A stretch of 64,000 bases of DNA, from the NCBI GenBank assembly GCA_026770705.1, contig JANJGN010000071.1, forward strand, positions 1,488,001 through 1,552,000. The letters are read 5' to 3'. This DNA is from Isurus oxyrinchus (taxonomy: Eukaryota). The first letter of the stretch is position 1. Every line of letters starts with the position of its first letter. The translations under genes and the position numbers were made by a program. The notes below the pieces were generated by a model. The model searched no databases. It was not told the DNA's origin and saw only the letters and a list, made by a program, of their open reading frames with translations. Below, piece by piece: positions 11,271 to 24,897 of this stretch.

Positions 11271-12427
11271 ATGAGAAATGGGGAATGGGAGTGAGGAGGT
11301 GTGGGTGTGGGGGTAGGGATTGAGATTCCTGGGAACAGGAAATAACCCACCGGGGGACAGGGGGAGAGAGGGAGGAAGGGATGGGATTGGGCTGCGGTTG
11401 GTGTGGTTTGGAATGAAATGCTTCTCCAGAGAGGACTGGATGCTGAGCCATTGGGGACCGAGATTCACTGTCTCTCTCTGTCTCTCTGTCTCTCTCTCTC
11501 TCTCTCTGTCTCTGTCTTTCTTTCTGTGTCTGTCTCTCATTCTCTATCTCCAGCTCCTCCTTTAAGATGCCCGTTAAGAACTGACTTTGTTGACTCAGCT
11601 GTTGGTCTCCTGTCCCTAATATCTCCTCATGTGCCTCAGAGTCAGGTGAAGATGTCACTAACAATCCCCGGATGAGCCTTGGGACATTTTGCTACATTGA
11701 AGGTGCTAAAGAAATGCAAGTTGTTGTAGTAACTCTGATCTGCCTTGATTAACAATGGAACCACAAAGGCTCCTTCGACAGGGCGTGTGTGCGGCAGGGT
11801 CACAATAAATACATTGAGCTGTGAGATTTTTAATTCTTTCATCGAATGTGGCTGTCACTGGTGATGTCAGCGTTAATGCCCATCTCTAATTGCCCTTGAG
11901 AAGGTGGTGGTGAGCTGCCTTCTTGACCCGCTGTGGTCCATGTGGTGTAGGTACACCCAAAGTGCTTTTAGAGAGGAAGTTCCAGGATTTTGACCCAGCG
12001 ACAGTGAAGGAACGGTGATATACTTCCAAGTCAGGATGGTGAGTGACTTGGAGGGGAACTTCCAGGTGGTGGTGTTCCCATGTGTCTGCTGCCCTTGTCC
12101 TTCTAGATGGTAGAGGTCGTGGGTTTGGAAGGTGCTGTTGAAGGAGCCTTGCTGAGTTGCTGCAGTGCATCTTGTAGATGGTACACACACTGCTGCCACT
12201 GTGTGTTCATGGTGGAGGGAGTGAATGATCAATGTGGTGGATGGGGTGTGGATCAATCGGGCTGCTTTGTTGTGGATGGTGTCAAGCTTCTTGATTCTGT
12301 GCTTTGTGCAGAAGTGGTTTAAAGAGACAGTCCCATTCGTTGGTGTAAGGTTACAGTGTGCTCTGTGTCTGTGCTGCACTGACTCGCTGCTATATGATAA
12401 CCACAGTGTGATATTGTGTTATTGCAG

Positions 12428-12509
12428 GAGAAAGACAGCGATGGAGGAGAGAGTTTCAGGGACCAGAGACATTGCATTGACCCCCAGTCCACTCTCTGTG
12501 AAACGCCAG
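12428..12509 (+). CDS. Gene A cytoplasmic exon, copy 2 (RKTAMEERVSGTRDIALTPSPLSVKRQ)
   Basis: Same splice sites, length and phase as 9509-9590. Confidence 0.7.
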
Positions 12510-13953
12510 GTACAGGAGCTGTTTACACTCACTCCAAAGCTTCAATCTCAGTGTGCAGACAACACGTGTCCCAGATTCCCAGCCCAGTTACCCACTGATT
12601 TGTACCTGTGGAGTCAGCAATGGTTCAGTATCATGCTGTCTCTCTGTTATGACACAGCAACTGGTAAAGACTGTTGTTTAAAATCCCAGAGGGAAACTTT
12701 AAACAACTGTCATAACCTATATTTCCCAGTGAAATGTTTGAGATGCATCTTTAAATTCAGGAATAAGACCATCAGTTCTTGAGATGGGTTTATATCAAAC
12801 TACCTGAGACATTTATTAATTTACACAAGTTAAACAAATGCACGTGGCTACAAACTAGTATTATCATAACTTTATAACAAATTCCCAAACTAATCTCCTC
12901 TAAGATAACCCATAGACTTTAAGCAGATTCCAAGCAAAGCATTTTCACCTCACAAATTCCAAATGAGATTCTTTTCACTTTGGTTCCTTTGCAGACAGGT
13001 GTAGGCTTACAGCTGCTTTGATGTTACAAGCCTCTGCTCTGCACACACAAAACTGCTCAAGTTATACCCAATGCTTCTCTTTGAATGTAAATTCTCATTG
13101 TATCATCAGGACCTTTGAACTCCATCTCTTCTAATAATAAATCCCGTTTCATAGTATCAATTTTATTAGTAATATAAACATTGATTGGTTTAAGAATTCA
13201 CTCCCAGGCTTTGAATCCTCCTTTTAAAAATGCAATATGCCTCTTTACCTCTTTGTTTACATCTCAAAGCTACTATACATCAAAGTCCCCAGACCGGCTG
13301 TCTTTAATCCAATTAAAACACACACACACACACCCACAGACTAAACCTCTGTTTAAAAAGAGAATTTCCATTTACAATACATACATGAATAGATTCATAA
13401 TCCTTCCTCTCTCTTTCTCCCTCTCTCTCTCTTTCTCATCATGTCTCTGATTACAAGTTTCATGTTATTGAGACTCACACCAGGCACCTGAGTGCAGAAT
13501 CTAAGCCAGCACTCGCCAGAGACATTTCAGAGAGATTGCGAGACTGACAGAGGGTCAGTACTGAGGGAGTGCTGCACTGTCAGAGGGTCAGTACTGAGGG
13601 AGCACCGCACTGTCGGAGGGTCAGTACTGAGAGAGTGCTGCACTGTCTGAGGGTCAGTACTGAGCGAGTGCTGCACTGTCGGAGGGTCAGTACTGAGGGA
13701 GTGCTGCACTGTCGGAGGGTCAGTATTGAGGGAGTGCTGCACTGTCAGAGGGTCTGTACTGAGGGAGTGCTGCACTGTCGGATGGTCAGTACTGAGGGAG
13801 TGCTGCATTGCCATAGGTGGTGACTTTTATATGATATGAGAGAAATTTAAACCCACTGAGACATGACTGACACTAACGAGGCTGCACAATAATTTAACCC
13901 TATCAGTGCCAGTAAATGATGTGAGGATGTCTTCTGTTTCCATTTCTCTGTAG

Positions 13954-14202
13954 GGTAAACAGAACGTGCTGATTACTGAGCCCCGGAACACAACCAGAGA
14001 CACAACTAGTGAGGGGGAGACCCCAGCTCCCCGGGATCTCTCTGAAGGTCCAGTGGGAGGCGATGCTGGACATGGAATCCCTGACAATCCCAACGACCTT
14101 CTCTACGCCAATCCCCAAGTCTTCAGGGTGCCCAGTGGTGATGGGTCTGTCCACAGGGAAGAGGAGACGGAATACGCACAGATCAGATTCAAGCGAAACT
14201 GA
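13954..14202 (+). CDS. Terminal cytoplasmic exon, copy 2: LLYANP plus ITSM TEYAQI
   Basis: Intact acceptor and open frame to TGA; AATAAA at 14872-14877. Confidence 0.8.
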   Translation, partial: GKQNVLITEPRNTTRDTTSEGETPAPRDLSEGPVGGDAGHGIPDNPNDLLYANPQVFRVPSGDGSVHREEETEYAQIRFKRN

Positions 14203-15889
14203 GTGTGAAACGGGGAGAGGGGGTGAGGATGTTTGTGGGTGGGGGCAGGGCTTAAGATTCCATGGAACACGAGACAACCCACTGGGGGACAGGGGGAGAG
14301 AGGGAGGAAGGGACTGAATGGGTCTGTGGTTGGTGTGGTTTGGAATGAAATGTTTCCCCAGTGACGACTTGATGCTGAGTCATTGNNNNNNNNNNNNNNN
14401 NNNNNNNNNNNNNNNNNNNNNNNNNNNNNNNNNNNNNNNNNNNNNNNNNNNNNNNNNNNNNNNNNNNNNNNNNNNNNNNNNNNNNNNNNNNNNNNNNNNN
14501 NNNNNNNNNNNNNNNNNNNNNNNNNNNNNNNNNNNNNNNNNNNNNNNNNNNNNNNNNNNNNNNCCCTCTCTCTCTATCTCTCTATCTCTCTCCCTCTGCT
14601 TCTCTGTCTCTCTCTCTCTCTCTCTTCCTTTAACATGGTCCTTATTAACTGGCTTTGTTAACTCAGCTTTTGGTCACCTGTCCCTAATATCTCATTATGT
14701 GTCTCAGAGATGGATTTATATGTGGTTAACAATCCCCTGAAGAGCTTTGGGATAGTTTGCTACATTATGGGTGCTATATAAATGCAAGTTGTTGTAGTAA
14801 TATTGATCTGCCTCGATTCAGAATGGAAACACGGAGGCTCCTTCGACAGGGCGTGTGTGCAACAGGCTCGCAATAAATGCATTGCACAGCAACAACTAAG
14901 CATGTCCTTTGATGCTGATGCATCCCAGTCCTGCTGTGTGGACACATCACAACCGAGGGACTGCCTGACTGCGTGCAGCCAACATGGCCGAATAGTCATT
15001 AGCAGAAATGTGACGTCACTCAACCTTGTTAACATTTCAGAAAGTGCTTTCTGAATTCTGCAACTTGTTTATTCTGTGATAGATTACAAGAAGCCTTTGC
15101 ATTTTCTATAATATTACATTTATTGTCACAAGGGATTGAAATGCCCAGATAACTCTGTACAGATATATTTTTATTAAACATCTTACTCTAGGACAACCTT
15201 CCTGCTCCAATCTGTTATTTCATATCATTACATTTCCCCACCAAATTATCAAAAATTCCTGTGTCCACATTTATCATGAAAATTTCCCATGTAAACATGT
15301 CACACTGTACTTACACTCTCTTGCCAGTGGTGGTGCTGTAGGTGCACCAAATTCTTTCTCAGAGACTGCAGGACATCTCCCAGTTATCTTTACAATATTA
15401 TTAAGATACAGGAAATGGGGACAATCTTCACCCTGTGGTTACGATATTGTTAAGACAGAGAGCTGGTGAAACCTCCCCCCCTCCACAGAGTTAAGGGCAG
15501 GGTCAGTTCTGGCTGTGAGACCTCCACACTCATTCCACGCCCCCTGTTCATTTCCCCATCCCTGCTCTAACTTAGCGCTTTTACACATGAAGTGCGGGGC
15601 CCAGAGGAAAGTGTGGAAGGGCTGCCCATCGCAGCTAGAACAAGGTTCCTGGCGGGTCTCCCAGGATAGAATGGCGGAGTGGGGGAGGGGGAGCAGTGGG
15701 GTCAATATCCACACCCTCCCCAACACCCCCATCACTGTCACTACCAAGAGGGAATATCAGTCTCGAGACAGAGGCCAGAGTGTGAGCAACTGAGACAAAC
15801 TGAGACTGAAACCAGCATCAACCAGTGTCCCAGCAAATAAGGTCAGAGTAGGGGAAATGGGGAAAAGACAGAAAGGTTCTTAATCTGAA

Positions 15890-16260
15890 TGCACGCAAGA
15901 GGGAATCTAACCATCTCTCCTTGATATTCAATGGCAGCACCATCACTGAATCCCCGAATATCAGAAGCCTGGGGGTTACCATTGACGAGAATCTGAACTG
16001 GGTCAGCCACATAATCATTGTGGCTACAAGAGCAGCTCAGAGGCTGGGAATCCTGCGGTGAGTAACTCACCTCCTGACTCCTCAAATCCTGTCCATCATC
16101 GGCATAGCACAAGGCAGGAGTGTGAATGGAATACTCTCCACTTGCCTGGATGAGTGCAGCTCCAACAACACTCAAGAAGCTCGACACCACCCTGGACAAA
16201 GCAGCCCCGCTTGATTGGCTCCCCCTCAACCACAGCAACACTCACTCCCTCCATCGTCAA
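15890..16260 (+). mobile_element. LINE ORF2 C-terminal fragment
   Basis: LGVTID..LNW, MEYSPLAWMSAAPTTLKKLD motifs; same family as 16977-19050. Confidence 0.75.
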
Positions 16261-16539
16261 TGTGCTGAGGGAGTGCTGCACTGTCAGAGGGTCAGTTGTG
16301 AGGGAGTGCTGCACTGTCAGAGGGTCAGTAGTGAGGGAGTGCTGCACTGTTGGAGTGCGATAGAGATTAAATTATTAAGAGAGAGAGAAAGCGAGATAGA
16401 AAGATGACAGAGAAAGAGAGTGAAAAAAAGGCTTAAACCCACTGAGACACGACTGACCCTAACCCGGCTGCAGAATAATTTAACCCTATCAGTGCCAGTA
16501 AATGATGTGAGGATGTCTTCTGTTTCCATTTCTCTGTAG

Positions 16540-16788
16540 GGTAAACAGAATGTGCTGATTACTGAGCCCCAGAACACAACCAGAGACACAACTAGTGAGG
16601 GGGAGACCCCAGCTCCCCGGGATCTCTCTGAAGGTCCAGTGGGAGGCGATGTTGGACATGGGAACCCCGACAATACCGACGACCTTCTCTACACCAACAT
16701 CAACTTTTCAAAGCTGCCCAGCGGTGACAGGACTGTGCACAGGAGCGAGGACACGGAATACACAAAGATCAGGTTCCAGAAAAACTGA
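16540..16788 (+). CDS. Terminal cytoplasmic exon, copy 3: ITIM (LLYTNI) plus ITSM (TEYTKI)
   Basis: Intact acceptor ending at 16539 and open frame to TGA; CD33-related-Siglec-like tandem tyrosine motifs. Confidence 0.85.
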   Translation, partial: GKQNVLITEPQNTTRDTTSEGETPAPRDLSEGPVGGDVGHGNPDNTDDLLYTNINFSKLPSGDRTVHRSEDTEYTKIRFQKN

Positions 16789-16976
16789 GTGTGAAACAGG
16801 GAGCGGGGCTGTGGGGTGTGTGCAGCCAACATGGCCAAATAGTAATGAACACAAATATGATGTTGCTCAACTTTTTTTTATTGGTTTTAACTGAGCTTTC
16901 TGAATGCTGCGCCTTTTTCCATGCTGTAAAAGATTGTGAGAAGCTTATGGGTTATGTATAATTTTACATCTGTTAA

Positions 16977-19050
16977 TACAAGGTGAGGTGAGAGTGACTG
17001 CCCTTAACATTAAGGCTGCATTTGACCGAGTGTGGCCTCTGGGAGCCCGAGCATAACTGGAGTCATTGTGAATCAGGGGTGGTACGAAAGTATAATAATT
17101 TGCATAATATTTTCCTGGTTTGTTGTAAACTAGGTTTATGGGTGTGAGTGTAGATGGGTCTGTCTGTGTGGTTTAATTACATCTGGAGTCAGGTAGACTG
17201 CAAGTCTGAGATTATCAAAAGAAGCTAGATGTAGAAATGTACTTGAAATGCTAATGAGAACACATGGAGGCTGTGTTAACATGTAAGGTGTGAAGGGGTT
17301 GTTTAGATTTCAAAGGGATGTTGGTCTGTTTAGGACAAGCCCAATAAGCAAAGCTAAGGAGTTTTTTTTTAATTTTACCCAAACTTCATTGACAATATTG
17401 GCAACATGAAAGTTTATATTATGGGAAAGGTACAGTTCCAAAGAATTTACACATCAAAGAGAGAGAAACATGTATAAAGGAGAATGAAAGGCTATGTTGG
17501 GGGCCATGTAAGATCTAACAGGAGTGTGTGAAACAGGCTTGAAGAAGCCTCCAGGCATTTGTGCATAAGTCTGTTATGTTCAGTAAATAAAACTGGAGAA
17601 ATCCATTTCGAATTCCAGTGTCAAGTGTGTGCTGTGTTAACTTGCTGATTTTGTTTTTAATCTAAAATTGTATTTTGGACTGTTGCCTTAAACGGGCTCT
17701 GTAACTGGGAGTCAGGTTAATTAGGAATTTGAGAATTTATTTTAGTTGTAACTAACCGTGGTATTATGTCTGTGCTTGAAATCTTTTATTTTGTTAATAA
17801 ATATCTTAATTGAATTTTTAAAATCTCTAAAGGTTGTGGTCAACTCATTACTCCTGAATTCAGTGCACGCTTCTTGTAATAAATACAAATTGCAAACTAT
17901 TGTGATAGCGTGACCAATTTTCCCTTGTGGATTTGGAGCACCAAGCACACATCATCTGCCATGTCATGTCACAGGGAAAACTCTCCACTCGTTGGATTCA
18001 TACCAAGTACAAAGGAAGGTGGTTGTGGTTGTTGGAGGTCAGTCATCTCAGTTCCAGGATATCACTGCAGGAGTTGCTCAATGTAGTGTCCTAGGCCCAA
18101 CCATCTTCAGCTGCTTCATCAATGACATTCATTCTATCAGATGGTCAGAATTATGGATGGTCACTGATGATTGCACAACGTTCAACATCATTCATGACTC
18201 ATCAGATGCTGAAGCAGTCCATGTCCAAATGCAGCAAGACCTGGACAATATCCAGGCTTGGCCTGACAAGTGGCAAGTAACATTCATGCCACACAAGTGC
18301 CAGGCAATGACCATCTCCAACCAGAGAGAATATATCCATCTCCCCTTAATGTCCAATAGCATCACCATTGCTGAATCCCCCACTATCAACACTCTGGGGG
18401 TTACCATTGACTAGAAACTGAACTGGACTAGCCATATAAAAACTGTGACTATAAGAGCAGGCCAGAGCCTGGGAATCCTGTGGTGAGTAACTCGCCTACG
18501 GACTCCCCAAAGCCTGTCCACCAACCTCAAGGCACAGGTCAGGAGTGTGATGGAATACTCTCCACCTGCCTAGGTGAGTGCAGCTCTAACAACACTCAAG
18601 AAGCTCGACATCGTCCAGGACAAAGCAGCCCCGCTTGATTTGCGCCCCGTCCACAAACATTCTCTCCCTCTACAACTGACGCACAGTGGCAGCAGTGTGT
18701 GTACCATCTACAAGATGCAACACAGGGAGTCACCAAGCCTCCTTAGACAGCACCTTCCAAACACATGACCACTACCATCTAGAAGGACAAGGGCAGCAGA
18801 AACATGGGAACACCGCCACCTGGAAGTTCCCCTCCAAGTCACTCACCATCCTGACTTGGAAATATATCACCATTCCTTCACTGTCGCTGGGTCAGAATCC
18901 TGCAACACCCTCCCAAACAGTTCTGTGGGTGTACATACACCACAGGGACTGCAGCAGCTCAAGAAGGCAGCTCACCCCCATATTCTCAAGGACAATTAGG
19001 GATGGGCAATAAATTCTGGCCTAGCCAGTGTCAGTGAATGAATACAAAAA
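16977..19050 (+). mobile_element. LINE (RT to 3' tail) inserted in the 3' UTR of terminal exon 3, itself interrupted by an LTR-like element
   Basis: RT motifs (DIKAAFD-like, GVAQCSVLGPTIF, DDCT); UTR-homologous sequence resumes at about 19055. Confidence 0.85.
17080..17972. mobile_element. About 0.9-kb LTR-like insertion nested in the LINE
   Basis: The LINE sequence gaatcagggg|...|gggaaaactctcc is contiguous in the copy at about 45335-45355 but split here; the insert begins TG and ends CA. Confidence 0.6.
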
Positions 19051-19439
19051 AGAAGCAATTAAAATGCCCTGACATTTCTGTACATTTTTATCAAATTAAA
19101 TACGTACTCTAGTGAATAATTTCATTCTCCAAGGCACCACTTCCTGTTGTCACATGCCCTTCTGATTATTTAAATTCCTGTGTCATTGGTAATGGAACAT
19201 TCCCATGTAAACATGTCACACTGTAATTACAGCCTCCTGCCAGGGGTGGTGCTCTAGTGTCCTACCTTTGCTTCTCAGAGACTGGAGGAGCTGTATACTT
19301 TGTGTTTACAATATTAGTAACACTCAGGCGTGACCAAGGAGATTCTTTTGGCCAAGTTTACGATGTTGCTAAGATACAATGGCCCCCTGGGATTTTTCCT
19401 ACTGCGTTACAAGGTTGAATTGAAGAGATTTTTGAAGTG

Positions 19440-20000
19440 TCTGGCACAGTTTTATGAAGGTCCCCTCACACCCAATCTGGAGTCACTGGGTTCAGTCCAG
19501 AACACCGCACCTCAGGGAGGATATATTGTCCTTGGAGGGGGTGCTGTGCAGAGTCACCAGAACAATCCCGGGGCTGAAAGGGTTAAATCCCGAGGACAGG
19601 TTGCACAGACCAGGCTTGTGTTCCCTCAAGTCTCGAAGATTAAGGGGTGATCTAATCGAGGGGTTTAAGATGATTAAAGGATTCGATGGGGTCGATAGAG
19701 AGAAACTATTTCCCCTGGTGGTGGGGGTGAGGTGAGGGGGGGTCCAGAACAAGGGGGCAGAACATTAACATTGGAGCCAGGCCGTTCAGGGGGTGATGTC
19801 AGGAAGCACTTCTTCACACAAAGCGGGGGTGGAAATCTGGAACTCTCTCCCCCAGAAAAAGCTGTCGAGACTGGGAGGGGTCAATTGTAAATTTCAAAAC
19901 TGAGATTGGGAGATTGTTGTTGGGTCGGGGGTTAAGGGTCACGGAACCGAGGCGGGTGGATGGGGTTAAGATACAGATCGGACGTGATCCAATCAAATGT
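19440..20000 (+). mobile_element. CR1-like LINE 3' fragment
   Basis: PHLREDILSLEGV, RLRGDLIE motifs. Confidence 0.8.
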
Positions 20001-21076
20001 TAGGACGGTGAGTCTCAGGGAGGCTGGCCCAACCCCAGACGCAGCCGTCTCTGTGACCTGCTTCAACCCTGTGAGTCAGCAATGACAACATGAGTTGATG
20101 TTAGCCTGATATGTAGTGCATGGAGGGATATTACTCTCCAGGGTGTGTGTGCATCACAGTGCTCATTCACATGTGTTCCATGTGCACCTACATCAGCTGT
20201 GTAGACATACAAGCCTCAATGCTGCATCCGGGGAATGTACCATGTCTCACACCTTAGCTGCAGCACGACCCTTCCCTTGGAGCTCTGTGTGCTCGAGACA
20301 TATTTTGTTATTTTTTCCTGCCGTCTCTGGGTCCCCCGACCCGGGAGTGAAAATCCGGCCTTAACTTCCACTTTCTAGTGTCTGAGACAAGAGGCAATGA
20401 GTGAGTGGGCTGACGGTCAGGATTAATGCTGTTAATCTGTGTTTGAGGGGCTGTGAATTCTCGGGGGACTAGTTACTCTCTGAGCTGCAGCTTCCAAATC
20501 CTTATTTGATGCCGTGCATGTGGGGTTGGAAGATTCTTTTTAAAACCACAGGCAGTTCACAGAAACCCACAGGAAACCCACAGAGAGACAGTCACTGAGA
20601 AAGTCACTCACTCCTTGTGGTTTCACCTTTTAACCACATCCTGTCTGTGTGGCTTAAATGTTAAACACAGTGGCCAGACTCAAGGAGGTTTCACTCTGTG
20701 AAGNNNNNNNNNNNNNNNNNNNNNNNNNNNNNNNNNNNNNNNNNNNNNNNNNNNNNNNNNNNNNNNNNNNNNNNNNNNNNNNNNNNNNNNNNNNNNNNNN
20801 NNNNNNNNNNNNNNNNNNNNNNNNNNNNNNNCACAAACACACAGGGACACACACAGACACACACACACACACTCTCACTCACACACACACAGACACGCAC
20901 ACACACATACACAAACACACATACACACGATCACACACTTACAGACAGACACAAACACACACATTCACACACACACACACACATTCACTCACACACACAC
21001 ATTCACTCACACACTCACTCACACACACAAACACACACACAAAGACAATATCCCAATGACAACAAACTGCGATTAA

Positions 21077-23270
21077 GAGCTTCCTACAACTTAACTAAGA
21101 GACCAAAGACATATTGAACTGTCTAAAAGCGACCTGTTTTTCAAAGAAATACAAGATTGTACACAGAACAAAAATGGCTGACACAAGTCACCTGATTGCT
21201 GATACTGTGAAGTTGATCACTTCTCTGGAAAGGTTCAAATGAATTGCACTGCAGACCTGTTGCATGGAAGTTCACGCCTGGGGTGTGTCAGGGTCCACTT
21301 CAAATAGAGACACTCTTAAAAGGAAGGCATTAAAATGTAAAGTGCTGGACTTTGATCAGCTGTAGTTCAATCAAAACATTGGGAACTGCTCACCAAGCGG
21401 ATAATCATCAACCATTCAAAACCCCCTGTGGAGGATACAATACCCCCGTCTCCTGTTGATTTATATCTTGAAATGCATCAAAGGTTTCAGAGATGCAAAG
21501 ATAAAAAAATGGGAATACTTGGTCTATAACAATGAATGCAAAACATGCTGATCGAATTGACTTCAGGGATATACAGACAGGAGTTTAACAAATGGTTCTG
21601 CCAAGCAGATATAAGAGAAAGGAGGGGAAAAAGAAATATGGCAGTCTTCCACAAACACTGCTGGAAAAGAGCAGAAATGATTTCTCCCTCTCTCTCTCTG
21701 TCTGAAGCTAACAGAATGTCTTCAACAATGTGCAAGTCTGAGCCAGATAAAATACAGGAATCTACAGAAAACCAACTAATTTAAAACAGCTTCAAACTTC
21801 ACAGCCTACGCTGTAGTACAAGCAAATGACTCTTTTAATTTTTTATTGGACTCTATAATTATNNNNNNNNNNNNNNNNNNNNNNNNNNNNNNNNNNNNNN
21901 NNNNNNNNNNNNNNNNNNNNNNNNNNNNNNNNNNNNNNNNNNNNNNNNNNNNNNNNNNNNNNNNNNNNNNNNNNNNNNNNNNNNNNNNNNNNNNNNNNNN
22001 NNNNNNNNNNNNNNNNNNNNNNNNNNNNNNNNNNNNNNNNNNNNNNNNNNNNNNNNNNNNNNNNNNNNNNNNNNNNNNNNNNNNNNNNNNNNNNNNNNNN
22101 NNNNNNNNNNNNNNNNNNNNNNNNNNNNNNNNNNNNNNNNNNNNNNNNNNNNNNNNNNNNNNNNNNNNNNNNNNNNNNNNNNNATTATTTTTCCTCCAGT
22201 TAGGTAACTAATAAACTTACTCTTTCTTTGACTCCACCATACGTGGTTTAATTGGTTCATTCTTAACAATCAAAGAGACTTGCTTTGGAAATTGCATTTG
22301 GGGGAAAATATATTTTAAACCCTTTTTTTCAACCAACCATAATTACCTCTTAAACATCTTAATCTCATTACTACTGAATTCAAAGCCCACATCTCAAAAC
22401 ATACAAGTTGGAAATTAGTTGTGACAGTTGTTTCAAGTTTCCCTCCAGGATTTGAACAGCTCAGCATTTACCATCTGTTATGTCATAACAGAGCTTCCTT
22501 CAACTTAACCAACGAGCCAAAAACGTATTGAACTGTTTAAAGGAGACCTGTTTTTCAAAAGTACAAGATTAGGCATTGATCAAAAATGGCTGTCACGAGT
22601 CACCTGATTGCTGATACTGCAAACTTGATCACTTCTCTGGAAAGCTTCAAATGAATTGCACTACAGACATGTTGCATGAAAGTTCTCACTGAGGTGTGTC
22701 AGGGTCCACTTGAAACAGGGGCTCCATTAAAAATGCAAAGCGCTGGACTCTGTTCACTGTAGGTCTATCAAGCTAATGGGAACTGCTCACCATGCAGATA
22801 TTCATCAGTCATTCAAAACCCCTTGTGGAGGATGAAATGCCTCCATCTCCTGTTGATTTATATCTTGAAATGCATCAAATGTTTCAGAGATGCAAAGATC
22901 AAAAAAGGGATTACTTGGTCTGCGACAATGAATGCAAGACATGCTGATCGAATTCCCTTTGGGAATATACAGACAGGAGTTTAACAACAGGTTCTGTCAA
23001 GCAGATATAAGAAAAAGTAGGAGGAAAAAGAAAGATGGTAGTCACTCAAAAACACTGCTGGAAAAGAGCAGAAATTCTCTCTCTCTCTCTCTCTCTCTTT
23101 CTGAAGCTAACAGCGCATCTTCAACAAAGTGCAAATCTGAATCAAATCACCACCAGGATGCCACAGGAAATCAATTAACCTTGAACAGCTGCAAACGTCA
23201 ACAATCTACACCTCAAAGACAAGCAATTGTATTAATCATATATTCTTTTAAATTTTTATTGGACTCTAAC
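21077..23270. repeat. Diverged direct repeat of about 790 bp (21077-21862 and about 22490-23270), possibly LTR-like
   Basis: Colinear similarity from agagcttcct.caacttaac to tttttattggactcta; both copies end at N-gaps. Confidence 0.75.
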
Positions 23271-24026
23271 NNNNNNNNNNNNNNNNNNNNNNNNNNNNNN
23301 NNNNNNNNNNNNNNNNNNNNNNNNNNNNNNNNNNNNNNNNNNNNNNNNNNNNNNNNNNNNNNNNNNNNNNNNNNNNNNNNNNNNNNNNNNNNNNNNNNNN
23401 NNNNNNNNNNNNGTGAGTGTGTGTCTGTCTATGTACCCTTGTGAGTGAGTGTGTGTGTGTGTGTACATGTGTGCGTGTGGATTGTTGCATCTTTATTATT
23501 AACGTTATTTAAAAATAGTGATCACACAAGCCTGGTTTCTAAGGAAATGAAACTGCAAACAATTTACAGTAAAGTGAAACGTACAGGAATAATCTATTTA
23601 TTTTGAGCTGATGATATATAATTATACATGAGGCATGTTGCTAATTTCAAATGTCATCTGAAATATGGCAGGTCTGACAGAGCAGCATTCCCTCAGTGCC
23701 CACCCTCTGACAGTGCAGCACTCCCTCAGCATTGACCCTTTGAGAGTGCAGCACTCCTTCAGTGTTGACCCTCTGGGAGTGCAGCACTCCCTCAGCACTG
23801 ACCCTCTGGGAGTGCAGCTCTCCCTCAGTACTGACCCTCTGGAAGTGCAGCACTCCCTCAGTGCTAACCCTCCAACAGTGCAGCACTCTCTCAGTACTGA
23901 CCCTCTGACAGTGCAGCACTCCCTCAGTACTGACCCTCCAACAGTGCAGCACTCCCTCACTGGGAAGAGTCCGTCCGCATTTTACGCTGAAACCTTGAGA
24001 CGGTCTCAAAATCCCAACCTTCCATC

Positions 24027-24897
24027 TCAGAGAGAGAGAGTGCGTTTCTGTGAGAGAGAGAGACAATGTATGTGTGAGAGACTGAGAGTGTGTATGTGTG
24101 AGAGAGCAAATGAGAGGTAGAGTGTGTGTGCATGAGAGAGGGAGGTAGCTTGTGTGTGTGAGAGAGAGAGTGTGTGTGAGAGAAAGAGAACGTCTGTGAG
24201 AGTGAGAGAGAATTTATGTGTGAGAGAGAAAGATAGAGAGAATGTGCGTGTGAGATAGTGTGTGTGCAAAAGAGAGTGTGTGTCTGTGAGAGAGTGTTTG
24301 TGTATGTGAGAGTGTGTGTGTGAGATCATGTGTGTGTGTGTGTTTGAGAAAGAGGGTGTGTGTGTTTGAGAGAGGGAGTGTGCGAGAAAGAGATGGTGTG
24401 AGTGTTTGAGGGAGGGGGAGATTGTGTGTTTGAGACAGGGAGTGAGAGAGAACATGTGTGTGAGAGAGAGAGTGTGTGTGTATGTGTGCATGTGAAAGAG
24501 AAAGTGTTTGTGCAAAACAGTGTGTGTTTGAGAGTATGTGTGCATGTGTGAGTGTGTGTGTGTGTGTGCTAATGTTTGTGTCTGTGTGTGTGTGAGGGTT
24601 TGTGTGTGAGTGAGTTTGTGCGTTTGTGTGCATGTGTGTGTGCATGTGTGTGCGTGAAAGAGTGTTTGTGCAAAAGAGTGNNNNNNNNNNNNNNNNNNNN
24701 NNNNNNNNNNNNNNNNNNNNNNNNNNNNNNNNNNNNNNNNNNNNNNNNNNNNNNNNNNNNNNNNNNNNNNNNNNNNNNNNNNNNNNNNNNNNNNNNNNNN
24801 NNNNNNNNNNNNNNNNNNNNNNNNNNNNNNNNNNNNNNNNNNNNNNNNNNNNNNNNNNNNNNNNNNNNNNNNNNNNNNNNNNNNNNNNNNNNNNNNN
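24027..24897. repeat. (GA)n/(GT)n compound microsatellite plus N gap
   Basis: Directly visible. Confidence 0.95.

Larger units (their letters stand above)
8897..14884. repeat. Tandem segmental duplication of the cytoplasmic-exon block (unit 1 about 8897-11814, unit 2 about 11815-14884)
   Basis: Both units begin tgagctgtgagatttttaattctt and end ...caataaat(a/g)cattg. Both carry the same LINE tail, exon, LTR-like segment, minisatellite and terminal exon in the same order. Confidence 0.9.
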
